The notes beneath the pieces are model-generated. The model ran no database searches, was not told where the DNA came from, and was given only the letters and a program-made list of their open reading frames with translations. This document shows, piece after piece, positions 39,060 through 52,235 of a stretch of 64,000 bases of DNA (position 1 is its first letter; each line of letters opens with the position of its first letter). The position numbers were made by a program, and so were the translations under genes. The DNA comes from Octopus vulgaris (taxonomy: Eukaryota): contig OX597834.1 in the NCBI GenBank assembly GCA_951406725.2, positions 26,412,001 through 26,476,000 of the forward strand. The letters run 5' to 3'.

Positions 39060-39410
39060 ATGTGTGTGGTGTGGGAGAAGACTTTTATGGATTCCATGGA
39101 CAGCGAGGCTCACCAATGGAGAAGTTCTTAACCATATCAAGCTGAAACTGTCGCTAGAAGCTAGGATCACCAAGCATAGATTGACATATTTCGGTCATAT
39201 TATGTGGAGAAAATCCCTGGAGAAGGACATCGTGCTTGGAATGGTCAGTGGCAAGAGAGGAAGAGGCCGACCAAGAACCCACTGGCTTGACACCATCAAG
39301 AGTGACACGGGAATGGCCATAGCCAATCTGAAAGAAGCGGCCCAGGATAGAACTGGCTGGAGAACACTGATCCATCGAGTAGCCGAGAGTCGACTTTGAC
39401 TGAGCGGATA
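39060..39410 (+). mobile_element. BovB-like RTE LINE 3' end
   Basis: WCGRRLLWIPWTARLTN..LEARITKHRLTYFGHIM..SLEKDIVLGMVSGKRGRGRPRTHWLD..AQDRTGWRTLIHRVAESR closely resembles the RTE-BovB C-terminus. Confidence 0.8.
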
Positions 39411-39940
39411 TATATATATATATGTATGTATATATATATATATATCATCATCATCATCATCATCGTTTAGCGTCTGTTTTCCATGCTAGCATGGGTTGGA
39501 CGGGTCAACTGGGGTCTGTGAAGCTGGAAGGCTTCGTCAGGCCCAGTCAGATCTGGCAGTGTTTCTACGGCTGGATGCCCTTCCTAACGCCAACCACTCT
39601 GCGAGTGTAGTGGGTGTTTTTACGTGCCACCTGCACAGGTGTCAGACAGAGCTGGCGAACGGCCACGAACGGATGGTGCTTTTACGTGTCACCGGCACGG
39701 GGCCAGGCGATGCTGGCAACGGACACGAACGGATGGTGCTTTTACGTGTCACCGGCACGGGGGCCAGCCGAGGCTGGCAACGGACACGGACGGATGGTGC
39801 TTTTACGTGCCACCGACACGGGGCCAGACAGAGCTGGCAAATGGCCACGAACGGATGGTGCTTTTACGTGTCACCGGCCCGGGGCCAGCCGAGGCTGGCA
39901 ACGGACGCGAACGGATGGTGCTTTTACGTGCCACCGACAC

Positions 39941-40000
<60 letters not shown>

Positions 40001-40317
40001 CATGCATACATACATACAAATATATATATATTTCGTTTTTGGATTTCGTTTGCAAGATTCTTTATATGAGTGTGTTGAAGCATATTCTGTTGCGTCTGGG
40101 TAGAGTCATTTTCTTTTTGTGCTTTATAATGTAACACACTCACCAGTGAAATTTCCACTTATTTTTATTTACCTAAAGGCGCAACGAAAATTTTAGGAAA
40201 ATATAAATAAGAAATAAGTGGAAATTTCACTGGTGAGTGTGTTATATAAGAAGGCACAAAAAGAAAATGACTCTCCCCAGACACAACAGTAAATATATAT
40301 ATGTATATATAAATGTG

Positions 40318-41690
40318 GATGTGATATATTTTGATTTTTGCACAGGCCTTTGATAAAGCTGATCAGAGGATGATATGTCATAAGCTACAAAGACCCTCAT
40401 AGCTGGAAAACTAGGTGAGTGGTTACATGATTTCTTAATAGACAGAAGCCAGGCTGTACCAGCCAATGGAGCCCTCTCCAAGGAGACATTGTCAGTAAGT
40501 GGAGTGCCTAAGAGAACTATCTGCTATTTTTTGTAAAGACATGCAATCAGTTATACAGGCAGTCAATCTTACTAACTTTTAAGATGACACAAAAGTGGTA
40601 CAAGCAGTTGAGAACCCTCTTGAGGCTAATCTTTGATGGAAAGATCTAAATGCCAGAGATGGGCTGAAGAAACAACATGCAATTTGATGCAGGAAAACTC
40701 CAAGCTCTCCTCTATCAGCCTTTTTGTGCTGATACACTGCAAAAAAACTACTTTGGACTGAAAGGAGTGGCAATCCCAGAGTGTGTCATCTGATATGAGC
40801 ATTGTGCCATGTGCATATACATCATCAAGATGATAGCAATATACAGTGAGTGGCCAGCTGGATTCTCAAAACTTTCAGAACAAGGGAGTGGGGAAACTCT
40901 GCTGGTTTTATCGAGGACATTTTTCCTCAGCTGTCTCGACTACTGTTCTCAACTATGGTCCCCCTACAGTGTTAATTTAATTGTGGAACTTGACGCAGTT
41001 CAGAAGATTACATCAGTGAAACACTTGAGTTGCTGAAGACACCAAAAGTATTGTGACTCTACTCCTTGGATTGAAAACATATGGAAGATCATACATATGA
41101 TCTTCCAAACATATGGAAGATCATAGAGGGGCTGGCACCAAACTTTGGCATTGAGATTTATACCTATTTCTTTATTAACCACAAGGGGCTAAACACAGAG
41201 GGAACAAACAAGGACAGACGTAGGTATTAAGTCGATATCATCGACCCCAGTGCGTAACTGGTACTTAATTTATCGACCCCGAAAGGATGAAAGGCAAAGT
41301 CGACCTCGGCGGAATTTGAACTCACAACGTAACGGCAGACAAAATACCGCTAAGCACTTCGCCCGGCGTGCTAACGTTTCTGCCATTCCCCAAACAGGAC
41401 TCCATGGTACTGTTCCAAAGATCCTACTCAACTCACCCTGCCTAGAGTCAGCAGGCACTGCAATAGCTTGGGATTCAAAGGTTTACAGTTATTCAATATC
41501 TTGCCAAAATACTGGAGAGATCTACATAGAGTGGGGGGGGGGTAGATGTCTTTAGGAAGCACCTTGACCTGCTGTCTAAGATTCCTGATGAATCTTCATC
41601 ACAACAAAAAACTCAAACAAGGGCAGCAGAATCAAACTCTCTCATTCACCACAACCCAGCTGCATAGAAAGGGCAATTGTAAGGGTGATG
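40318..41690 (+). mobile_element. Degenerate CR1-type LINE RT region, interrupted by SINE B (41162-41385)
   Basis: DVIYFDF/AQAFDK..GKLGEWLHDFLIDRSQAV.ANG..SGVP; LDYCSQLWSP..LDAVQK; many stops and frameshifts. Confidence 0.75.
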
Positions 41691-41794
41691 ATACTAGCAG
41701 CGCCCTAACATGGCCACAGCCTTTAGGCTGAAACATGTAAAAGAGTTAAAGAATATGCCCCTCTTTTTAAGATCTATATTCCTGTTAGATCTTA

Positions 41795-42359
41795 AACATG
41801 TTTAACAGTTGGGAGAAGGCAGTCTGGGTCAAATGCTTCTTTTGGCTGTCTCCACATGTATACTCGGTTGGTGGGCGAAAATAACATAAAGGATGACTCA
41901 TCCAAGAAAATAACATTCTTCCACTGCTCTAGGGACCAATTCTGTAGGTTTTTACTCCACTCTAAATACTTTGCGTCGTTTGTTTTTGAAAATAGGGGTT
42001 TTCTGATTGCAGCCCTCCTGTGAAATCTTTCTCCCTCTTTCTCGAAGACTGTCTTTACTTTCGAGACAGTACTTCTTTATACAACAAACATTTTGGCTGT
42101 TTTCGTTATTCTAGTGCCTGCCATATGAGCACCAACAATTCGACCACTTTGAAAGACCAATAGATCTGTCATTTTAATGAATTTTAATTACCTTTTTCTG
42201 ATGATATCTGAAAAGAAACAGCAATTTTATCAAAACATATTAAGCAACACTAATAATAAATAAAAAAAACATAAAAATAAACAAGCTTTTGATAGTTTCA
42301 TAGATATTTCAAAATTACGATGCTCTGATGCTAGGTGTTTCCATTATTTTGTCCAACCC

Positions 42360-42362
<3 letters not shown>
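41795..42362 (-). mobile_element. Tc1-like transposon 5' remnant
   Basis: TA|CAGGGGTTGGACAAAATAATGGAAACACC terminus. From 42172: MTDLLVFQSGRIVGAHMAG..*RSTVSKV, then RKPL..EQWKNVIFLDESSF..RVYMWRQPKEAFDPDCLLPTVKH (first D of DD34E). Confidence 0.8.
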
Positions 42363-42456
<94 letters not shown>

Positions 42457-42795
42457 TATATGCATATGACACTGCTTCCACCAATGTTTAAAATGATGAT
42501 GATGATAATGCTGCTAATATGCATTAGCATGTGTCATGAGCGCACTACTGCATAGATATATTTGCACATGTACTTGTAGACTATAATCCATTTGCATTAA
42601 CTCACCCACCCACCCAAGTACTTGATTGATATTTTATCTAGGACTCTACCCCACCCCAGGCCACCACCTACAAAGGATAAAAGACAAAGTTGACTCCAGA
42701 GGAATTTGATGTCAGAAAGTAAAGAGACAGAATGAAATACCACCACAACATTATATATACACACACACATGCATGTATACATACATGTACATACG

Positions 42796-42831
<36 letters not shown>

Positions 42832-42843
42832 TACATATATATG

Positions 42844-42903
<60 letters not shown>

Positions 42904-42907
42904 TACC

Positions 42908-42938
<31 letters not shown>

Positions 42939-43014
42939 GTAAGGAATATAATTCCAAAACTTACAGTGAAAAATTCAATTTAACAATTTTAAATCAAATT
43001 TCACAATATATAAT

Positions 43015-43240
43015 ATATGCATATAGTTTAGAGAAAAACCACTATTAAGCAATTCAATAATGAAAGATGTTATTCAAACCAAATAGAAAACATATACTAT
43101 AAAAAAAAGACCTATTACTACTTATTGTACTTTATTGATTTAAAATAAGCTTTTTTTTATAGTATATGTTTTCTTTTTGGTGTGAATAACATCTTTATTG
43201 AATTGTTTAATAGTGTTTTTTTTCTAAATTATATATACAT
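43015..43240. repeat. AT-rich long inverted repeat (foldback element)
   Basis: tttagagaaaaaccactattaagcaattcaataa..aaagatgttattca..agaaaacatatactataaaaaaaag is mirrored by cttttttttatagtatatgttttct..tgaataacatctttattgaattgtttaatagtgttttttttctaaa. Confidence 0.75.
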
Positions 43241-43254
43241 ATATATCGTCGTCG

Positions 43255-43286
<32 letters not shown>

Positions 43287-43530
43287 GTTTAGCGTCCGCT
43301 TTCCATGCTAGCATGGGTTGGACGGTTCAACTGGGGTCTGGGAAGCCAGAAGGCTGCACCAGGCCCAGTCTGATCTGGCAATGTTTCTACGGCTGGATGC
43401 CCTTCCTAACGCCAACCACTCCGTGAGTGTAGTGGGTGCTTTTTACGTGCCACCAGCACAGGTGCCAGGTGAGTCTGGCAAATGGCCATGATCGGATGGT
43501 GCTTATATATATATATATGTATATATATAT

Positions 43531-43594
<64 letters not shown>

Positions 43595-43661
43595 TAAAGT
43601 TTATTTGTCAACAGAATGTGACAGTCCTATACAAGGATGATGTTACTGCTGTCTGGCCCCA

Positions 43662-44015
43662 GGATGATGACGATGATGATGATGACAATGATGATGATGA
43701 TGATGACAATGATGATGATAACAATGATAGTGATGACGGTCATGACCACGATGACAACGAAAATGATGACAACAACAGTGATAAAGATGATGATGATGAT
43801 GACAACGACGACGATGATGATGATGATAATGATGATAATGATAATGATGATGATGATGATAATGATGATGATGATAATGATAATGATGATGATGATGATA
43901 ATGATGATAATGATAATGTTAATAATGATGATGATGATGATAATGATGATGATGATAATGATGATGATGACAACAGGTGATGATGAAGATGACGGCGATG
44001 ATGATAATGATGATA
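43662..44015. repeat. (GAT/AAT/GAC)n trinucleotide microsatellite
   Basis: Seen directly. Confidence 0.9.
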
Positions 44016-44612
44016 TTTACTACTGACTAATCTCAGACCGAATTTTAAAAATACATGCTTTGTAACTTAAAACCAAGTGGCTGCAGCCCAAATGACTTAT
44101 GTAACAGTCATACAACACTTGTGGAACACTTTTAAGACACTTAAAGGACACTTTAAATACTTTTTACATCTTCTGAATTTATTTGAAAACATATTTGCCA
44201 AAGTCACACATGAAAATATATTTGTCAAAGTTGTTTGAGTTTGTGTTTCTTTAATTTCCCTAATTAGAGATGGCTTCCACTTTATTTAAAAATATATACA
44301 AATGTTGTTTACTCTAACTAACATCCTTTAGTTTATGAAGTTGTTGCTGCTGTTGTTGTCACTGTATCTATTGTTTAGCTGCAGATCAGCAGCCCCTGAA
44401 CTGAGCAGGGCTATAACACTGTGCAACAGGATTTTTGCCCTTGTGCAGTAACAGTCATTTCCTATTTGATTATCCCTAGAAAGTATAAAAAATGGCTAAT
44501 GTTCCCTTCAAACTTTGCTTCTGTTACATTTATTCAAACCCCAAAAGAAACCCTCTCAGCACATGGCTATGATGCTCCCCCACTACTCCAGCTCATGATC
44601 AAAGATGTCCAT

Positions 44613-45035
44613 ATTTATTTCCTTATTACCCACAGAGGGCTAAACATAGAGGGGACAAACAAGGACAGACAAAGGGTCTAAGTGGATTACATCGACCCCA
44701 GTGCATAACTGGTACTTATTTAATCGACCCCAAAAGGAGATGAAAGGCAAAGTTGACCTCAGCGGAATTTGAACTCAAAACATAGCAGTAGATGAAATAC
44801 CTATTTCTTTACTACCTACAAGGGGCTAAACACAGAGAGGACAAACAAAGACAGACAAACGGATTAAGTCGATTATATCAACCCCAGTGCGTAAATAGTA
44901 CTCATTTAATCGACCCCGAAAGGAGATGAAAGGCAAAGTCAACCTTGGTGGAATTTGAACTCAAAACGTAACAGCAGACGAAATGCCGGTTAGCATTTTG
45001 CCCAGTGTGCTAACGATTCTGCCAGCTCGCTGCCC
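44613..45035 (-). mobile_element. SINE B dimer inserted into an older repeat, with about 17-bp TSD
   Basis: tcaaagatgt(c/a)catatt on both flanks; internal junction gaaatac|ctatttcttt at about 44800. Confidence 0.7.
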
Positions 45036-46446
45036 TTCAAAGATGTACATATTGTCAGCTATCAAGGGACAGGTTCAAGTGGTTAAGGCCAAGCAACTGA
45101 TAAGCAAATCTGTGATATTGAGCAAAATAACAATATTTTTGTTTCAGCAACTCACCACTGAATCTATGTGAAACGCAATGGAAAATAGGTCAGATTCAAA
45201 ACATTGATGTCCAGGTGACAAAAGCGAAGTTTGAGGGGAATAATAGCCATTTCCTTGATTTCTAGATTGAAGCAAACAGGAAATAACACAAAAGTATTCC
45301 AGCTGTGACCATCCTGTCTTATTCCTAAGTGCAGGGAATTCAGAAGCTACATTCTCCAGTGCATGACCTGTTTTATTTTTTTTCAAAGTTGGTAAAGTGA
45401 AATTTGAAGGTGATTTAGCAATACCTATTTCTTTACTACTCACAAGGGGCTAAACACACAGAGAGGACAAACAAAGACAGACAAACGGATTAAGTCGATT
45501 ATATCGACCCCAGTGCGTAACTGGTACTTATTTAATCGACCCCGAAAGGATGAAAGGCAAAGTCGACCTCGGTGGAATTTGAACTCAGAATATTCAACAT
45601 ATTCCCCTCTCAGATTCATACACTTATTGCAGCAGTCCTTCAGTTTTTCTAAGCCCTGTAAAAGAACTCAGAAGGTCAGGCCTCCAACCAGGCCTTTCAC
45701 AACACCCTTAAAGCCAAAAACTTAACAGTATCCCTTCACACATATATGTTTCTTTACTACTCACAAAGGGCTAAACATAGAGGGGACAAACAAGGACAGA
45801 CAAACGGATTAAGTCAATTACATCGACCCCAGTGCATAACTGGTACTTAATTTATCGACCCCGAAAGGATGAAAGGCAAAATCGACCTCGGTGGAATTTG
45901 AACTCAGAAGGTACTGGCAGACGAAATACGGCTACGCATTTCGCCCAGCATGCTATGCCAGCTCAGTGCCATTTACATTATGACTCCCATACCTTAAGGG
46001 TATGACCTGGTACTTTCCCCCATCGGTCTCTCTCTTCCTTTATCATCCCATTTATATTCTGATCCCCTTTCCTTGTAAGTATGCCCTGCCACTTCTTCAC
46101 CATCTCTCTCCTGTTCTCCCTTGCACTCTTGCTGTCTTCTATTCTCTCTTTCTTTCTTTCTTTCCCTATTCCCTTTGGCTGGGTAACCATGCATCTTCAC
46201 TACAGTAACACCCTTGTTTCTGTCCTCATTCCTGATCTCTATTTCTCTCTCTCTCTGATCAGCTAACCTTGTACACCTCTTCTACAGCAAGACACCTGCT
46301 TCTGTCTCTCTGTCATACTCTAACCTTTCACCATCTGACACAAGATCACCTCCTCCAATGCCCTCTCCCCTCTTAAAGGGTCTTTGTCTTGCAGTGCTGC
46401 TACCATACCAGCAATATTACCATGTAAAATATAAAATTATCTGTTT

Positions 46447-46538
<92 letters not shown>

Positions 46539-46601
46539 TAATTATTTGGACCTTGGGTGTATGGTTAGTAGTACGCCAATCAAAGCACTTTCACTGTTTA
46601 G

Positions 46602-46727
46602 GCTATCAGATGTCATCCAGTTTTGATATAAATGTCACTAGATCCACCTCGGGAATTCCGGCAGAGTTCATCGAGTTTTACAATGAAAGAGGGAAACAAA
46701 AAGAAGCCCATTTACCGATTTCTCTAT
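46602..46727 (+). CDS. Probable pro-region exon of the S1 protease-like gene (GYQMSSSFDINVTRSTSGIPAEFIEFYNERGKQKEAHLPISL)
   Basis: Unique-sequence island between microsatellites. tttAG acceptor, GTATGC donor, only one open frame; its phase-1 end joins the exon at 49511 in frame. Confidence 0.5.
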
Positions 46728-46780
46728 GTATGCATGTATGTATGTATATATGTATGTATGTATATATGTATGTATGTATG

Positions 46781-46814
<34 letters not shown>

Positions 46815-47168
46815 TGTATGTATGTATGTATGCATGCATGTATGTATGTATGTATGTATGTATGTATATATGTATGTATGTATATATGTATGTATGTATG
46901 TATATATGCATGTATGTATGTATGTATGTATGTATGTATGTATGTATGTATGCATGCATGTATGTATGTATGTATGTATGTATGTATGCATGCATGTATG
47001 TATGTATGTATGTATGTATGTATGTATGTATGTATGTATGTATGTATGTATGTATGTATGTATGTATGTATGTATGTATGTATGTATGTATGTATACATG
47101 TATGTATGTATGTATGTATGTATGTATATATGTATGTATGTATGTATATATGTATGTATGTATGTATG

Positions 47169-47227
<59 letters not shown>

Positions 47228-47264
47228 ATATGTATGTATTTATGTATGTATGCATGCATGTATG

Positions 47265-47297
<33 letters not shown>

Positions 47298-47998
47298 GTG
47301 TATATGTGTGTGCATGTGTGTGTGTTTCTGTCTCTTGTGATGGTTTTAAATAAGTGTCATTGAAATACAAGTGGCATTCTTAATTTCAAATCTTCTGTGG
47401 AAACATGTGCAACCATGGAGAAATATTATCTTACTTGGAAACAGGAGAGGGTTGGCAACAGGAAGGGCATCCGGTCCGTCATAGAAAAATCTGCCTCAAC
47501 AAGTTCATTCTGTCTGAGTCATACAAGAATAAAAATGTAGGCATTAAAATGATGACGACAATAGTGATGATGATGATGATGATGATGATGATCATCATCA
47601 TCATCGTTTAACGTCCGCTTTCCATGCTAGCATGGATTGGATGATTTGACTGAGGACAGGCGAACCAGATGGCTGCACCAGGCTCCAACCTGATCTGGCA
47701 GAGTTTCTATAGCTGGATGCCCTTCCTAACGCCAACCACTCCGAGAGTGTAGTGGGTGCTTTTACGTGCCACCGGCATGGAAAGCGGACTCTTTTACTCT
47801 TTTACTTGTTTCAGTCATTTGACTGCGGCCATGCTGGAGCACCGCCTTTAGTCGAGCAAATCGACCCCGGGACTTATTCTTTGTAAGCCCAGTACTTAAT
47901 CTATCGGTCTCTTTTTGCCGAACCGCTAAGTGACGGGCACGTAAGCACACCAGCATCGGTTGTCAAGCAATGCTAGGGGTACAAACACAGACACACAA

Positions 47999-48031
<33 letters not shown>

Positions 48032-48638
48032 CACATATATACGACAGGCTTCTTTCAGTTTCCGTCTACCAAATCCACTCACAAGGCATTGGCCGGCTCG
48101 GGGCTATAGCAGAAGACACTTGCCCAAGGTGCCACGCAGTGGGACTGAACCCGGAACCATGTGGTTGGTAAGCAAGCTACTTACCACACAGCCACGATGA
48201 TGATGATGATGATTAATGGGCTCGATAAGTTGATGAAGGAGCAAGAACTCCTGGAGTATGGTATGATTGATTGATTGATTGATTCTAGTTTCAGCTTATG
48301 AGCTGTGGCCATGCTGGGGCACCGCCATTGTATATTCAGCCATTAACCATTTTTCTATGTTTGATCTCATTGTTGTTGTTTACATCAGGCGTCTTGGCTA
48401 TGAAACATTGTAACAAAACCACTACTGGCTATAATTTCTATAGAAGAATCTGTAGAGATAACCTTAACATAGGCGCAGGAGTGGTTGTGTGGTAAGTAGC
48501 TCGCTTACCGACCACATGGTTCCGGGTTCAGTCCCACTGCGTGGCACCTTGGGCAAGTGTCTTCTACTATAGCCTCGGGCCGACCAAAGCCTTGTGAGTG
48601 GATTTGGTAGACAGAAACTGAAAGAAGCCTGTTGTATA

Positions 48639-48726
<88 letters not shown>

Positions 48727-49510
48727 CTTGTATGTTTGTGTGTCTGTGTTTTCCTCCCTAGCATTGCTTGACAACCGATGCTGGTGTGTTTATGTCCCCG
48801 TCAATTAGCGGTTCAGCAAAAGAGACCGATAGAATAAATACTGGGCTTACAAAGAATAAGTCCCGGGTGTCGAGTTGCTCGACTAAAGGCGGTGCTCCAG
48901 CATGGCCGCAGTCAAATGACTGAAACAAGTAAAAGCGAAAGAGAGTACGTGATGTGATAGCACTGCTAACACAACACAACATAGAATTGACTTATAAAAA
49001 CATTTAGTATACTTTGTAGTATACTCTTTTACTCTTTTACTTGTTTCAGTCATTTGACTGCGGCCATGCTGGAGCACCGCCTTTAGTCGAGCAAATCGAC
49101 CTCGGGACTTATTCTTTGTAAGCCCAGTACTTATTCTATCGGTCTCTTTTGCCGAACCGCTAAGTGTCGGAGACGTAAACACACCGGCATCGGTTGTCAA
49201 GCAATCCTAGGGGGACAAACACAGACACCCAAACATATACACACACACGTATATATATACATATATGCGACAGGCTTCTTTCAGTTTCCGTCTACCAAAT
49301 CCACTCACAAGGCATTGGTCGGCCCAGGGCTATAGCAGAAGACACTTGCCCAAGATGCCACGCAGTGGGACTGAACCCGGAACCATGTGGTTGGTTAGCA
49401 AGCTACTTACCACACAGCCACTCCTGTGCCTATGTTGTAGTATGCATAACAAAATATGGTGTCCCTACACATCATTTATTAATAACAGAATATGAAATCT
49501 CTTGTTTCAG

Positions 49511-49670
49511 CCCGTTTCCACAATTGGCTTCAAAGGATTGTCGATGTTTCAGACCTTCAGTGTGGTTCTCCCTATTTAGCAACATTGGAGGTTGAAAAGG
49601 CGAATGGAATTGGAAACTGCATTGGAACTTTAATCAACCAGACCCATGTCATAACAGCAGCTAATTGTCT
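49511..49670 (+). CDS. Trypsin-family (S1) protease-homolog exon: ..QR|IVDVSDLQCGSPYLATL..CIGTLINQTHVITAANCL
   Basis: cttgtttcAG acceptor, GTAAGT donor. Contains an R-IV activation-type site, a PY/PW motif, C-x-G-T-L-I, and TAANC (TAAHC with H>N). Phase-2 intron just after this motif, as in many trypsin genes. Confidence 0.75.
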
Positions 49671-49722
49671 GTAAGTAGAGATGTTGTGTTTGTTGTAGTT
49701 ATTGTTATTGTTATTGTTGTTG

Positions 49723-50820
49723 TAAAAGCACCATCCGTTCGTGTTCGTTGCCAGCCTCGCCTGGCCCCCGTGCCGGTGGCACATAAAGCACCATCCGCTC
49801 GTGTCCGTTGCCAGCCTCGCCTGGCCCCCGTGCCAGTGGCAGGTAAAAGCACCATCCGTTCGTGTCCGTTGCCAGCCTAGCCTGGCCCCCGTGCCGGTGG
49901 GACATAAAAGCACCATCCGCTCGTGGCCGTTTGCCAGCCTCGCCTGGCCCCCGTGCCGGTGGCACATAAAAGCACCATCCGCTCGTGTCCGTTGCCAGCC
50001 TCGCCTGGTCCCCGTGCCGGTGGCACGTAAAATCACCATCTGTTCGTGTCTGTTTGCCAGCCTTGCCTGGCCCCCGTGCCAGTGGCATGTAAAAGCACCA
50101 TCCGCTCGTGTCCATTGCCAGCCTCGCCTGGCCCCCGTGCCAGTGGCATGTAAAAGCACCATCCGCTCGTGTCCATTGCCAGCCTCGCCTGGCCCCCGTG
50201 CCGGTGGGACATAAAAGCACCATCCGCTCGTGGCCGTTTGCCAGCCTCGCCTGGCCCCCGTGCCGGTGGCACATAAAAGCACCATCCGCTCGTGTCCGTT
50301 GCCAGCCTCGCCTGGTCCCCGTGCCGGTGGCATGTAAAAGCACCATCCGTTCGTGTCCGTTGCCAGCCTCGCCTGGCCCCCGTGCCGGTGGGACATAAAA
50401 GCACCATCCGCTCGTGGCCGTTTGCCAGCCTCGCCTGGCCCCCGTGCCGGTGGCACATAAAAGCACCATCCGCTCGTGTCCGTTGCCAGCCTCGCCTGGC
50501 CCCCGTGCCGGTGGCATGTAAAAGCACCATCCGTTCGTGTCCGTTGCCAGCCTCGCCTGGTCCCCGTGCTGGTGGCACGTAAAAGCACCATCCGTTCGTG
50601 GCCGTTTGCCAGCTCCGTCTGGCACCTGTGTGGGTGGCACGTAAAAAGCACCCACTACACTCACGGAGTGGTTGGCGTTAGGAAGGGCATCCAGCCGTAG
50701 AAACACTGCCAGATCTGACTGGGCCTGATGAAGCCTTCCGGCTTCACAGACCCCAGTTGAACCGTCCAACCCATGCTAGCATGGAAAACGGACGCTAAAT
50801 GATGATGATGATGATGATGA
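49723..50820 (+). repeat. Family-C (RTE 3' UTR) element with an expanded 61-bp GC-rich minisatellite (about 15 units)
   Basis: Unit taaaagcaccatccg(c/t)tcgtgtccgttgccagcctcgcctggcccccgtgccggtggcac, with a 184-bp three-unit super-period; ends in the family-C tail and (GAT)n. Confidence 0.9.
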
Positions 50821-52235
50821 TTTAGCGACAGTTTAACCTTGTGAGAGTGTGTCGCCTAACATTTAAGGTGTTGCATTCATGATAGTGAGATCGTGGTTTC
50901 GATTCCCAGACTGGGCAGTGCATTGTGTTCTTGAGCTAAAAACTTCATCTCACATTGCTCTGTGATAAATTTGATATCGCCTGTGTTGCACACTGTGTCC
51001 CTGTATAGGTAATGTTGATTTGATGAAGATAGGGAGATCACTGTAAACAAATCATCTGTGTAGGTTGTTCTGCGAGAAATTGTGGAATAGGTGCTGTCAT
51101 GGTTGTGAGGTAAGAAGCTTGCTTCCCAACCACATAGTTCCAGGTTCAGTCCCACTGCATGATACCTTGGGCAAGTGTCTTCTACTTTAGCCCCAAGATG
51201 ACCAAAGTCTTGAGAGCGGATTCAGTAGATGGAAGCTTAAATAAGCCTGTTGTATTTGTATATGTGTGTGTGTGTCTTTGTGTCTATGTTTGTCTTGCAC
51301 CATAATTTGACAACCACGTTGGTGTGTTTATGTCCCTGTAACTTAGTGACACACATACAAATTTCATGTAAATATATATAGGGATATATATATATAGAGA
51401 GAGAGGCACACACACAAAAACTGAAAACATTCAGATGAACACTCATGTATAAGCAAGTAAATATTTATATATTTACAGGACAAATTCACTGAGAGTACAA
51501 AAATATAGAGAAACCTAAAGAGAGAGGCCATAGTTTTTCATGTTCGACAGCTGTTTCTAGAGGCTTGGAATTATATAATAGTTGTAATGTTGGCAAATGG
51601 AGTATGCAAAAAGTCAAAGATATGCAATCAGTAGTGGCCAATCTCTTCACCCTGATGATGGTGTCTGGATTTACAGGAACATTCATATGCATCCTCTGCC
51701 AGTTGCATATCTTTGACTTTTTACCCATTCCATCTGCTAACATTATGACTATTAGGAAAGCTATCCAGCTGTAAAGACCATTCCAAAGCTCACAGAGCTT
51801 AATGGAACCCTGAGGCTTGTTGGATCTTGTCAAACTGTCTGACACATGCCAACATGGAAAACATGAAAAAAAATTCTGCTGTTGTCACTGATGTTGTTGC
51901 TGTTGTTGTTGTTAAGCAACAACACGGGTAAGGGAGATTAGGTGATGGTCTAGGGCTTAGCGGTGGGAGACTCCAGACCTTGGGGAAAAAAAAAATTTTG
52001 TTGTCTTGTTGTAGTCAAGGGCTCTTCGGTGACGTCTGACACCACTGGGAGGTGGCCCTCGAAGTTGCTGGAAATGGAGATCTCCAGGTCCAAATTCTTG
52101 GATGGCTGCTGTTGCTGCTGCTGCTGCTGATGATGATGATGATGACATTGACGACACAGATTATGATGACTATTTTCTCTGTTCTTAGATTTGTCCTGTT
52201 CTAACCATATCCCTGTTTTGAAATTTTTGTTCCAG

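Noticed and set aside
44335-44451. MKLLLLLLSLYLLFSCRSAAP.. as signal-peptide exon of the protease-like gene
   Set aside because: The Leu run comes from a (GTT/GCT) simple repeat plus a degenerate repeat also seen near 17940. No phase-1 GT donor is available to join 46602. Worth rechecking with RNA-seq.
49572-50769. 350-aa minus-strand ORFs
   Set aside because: Translations of the 61-bp GC-rich minisatellite.
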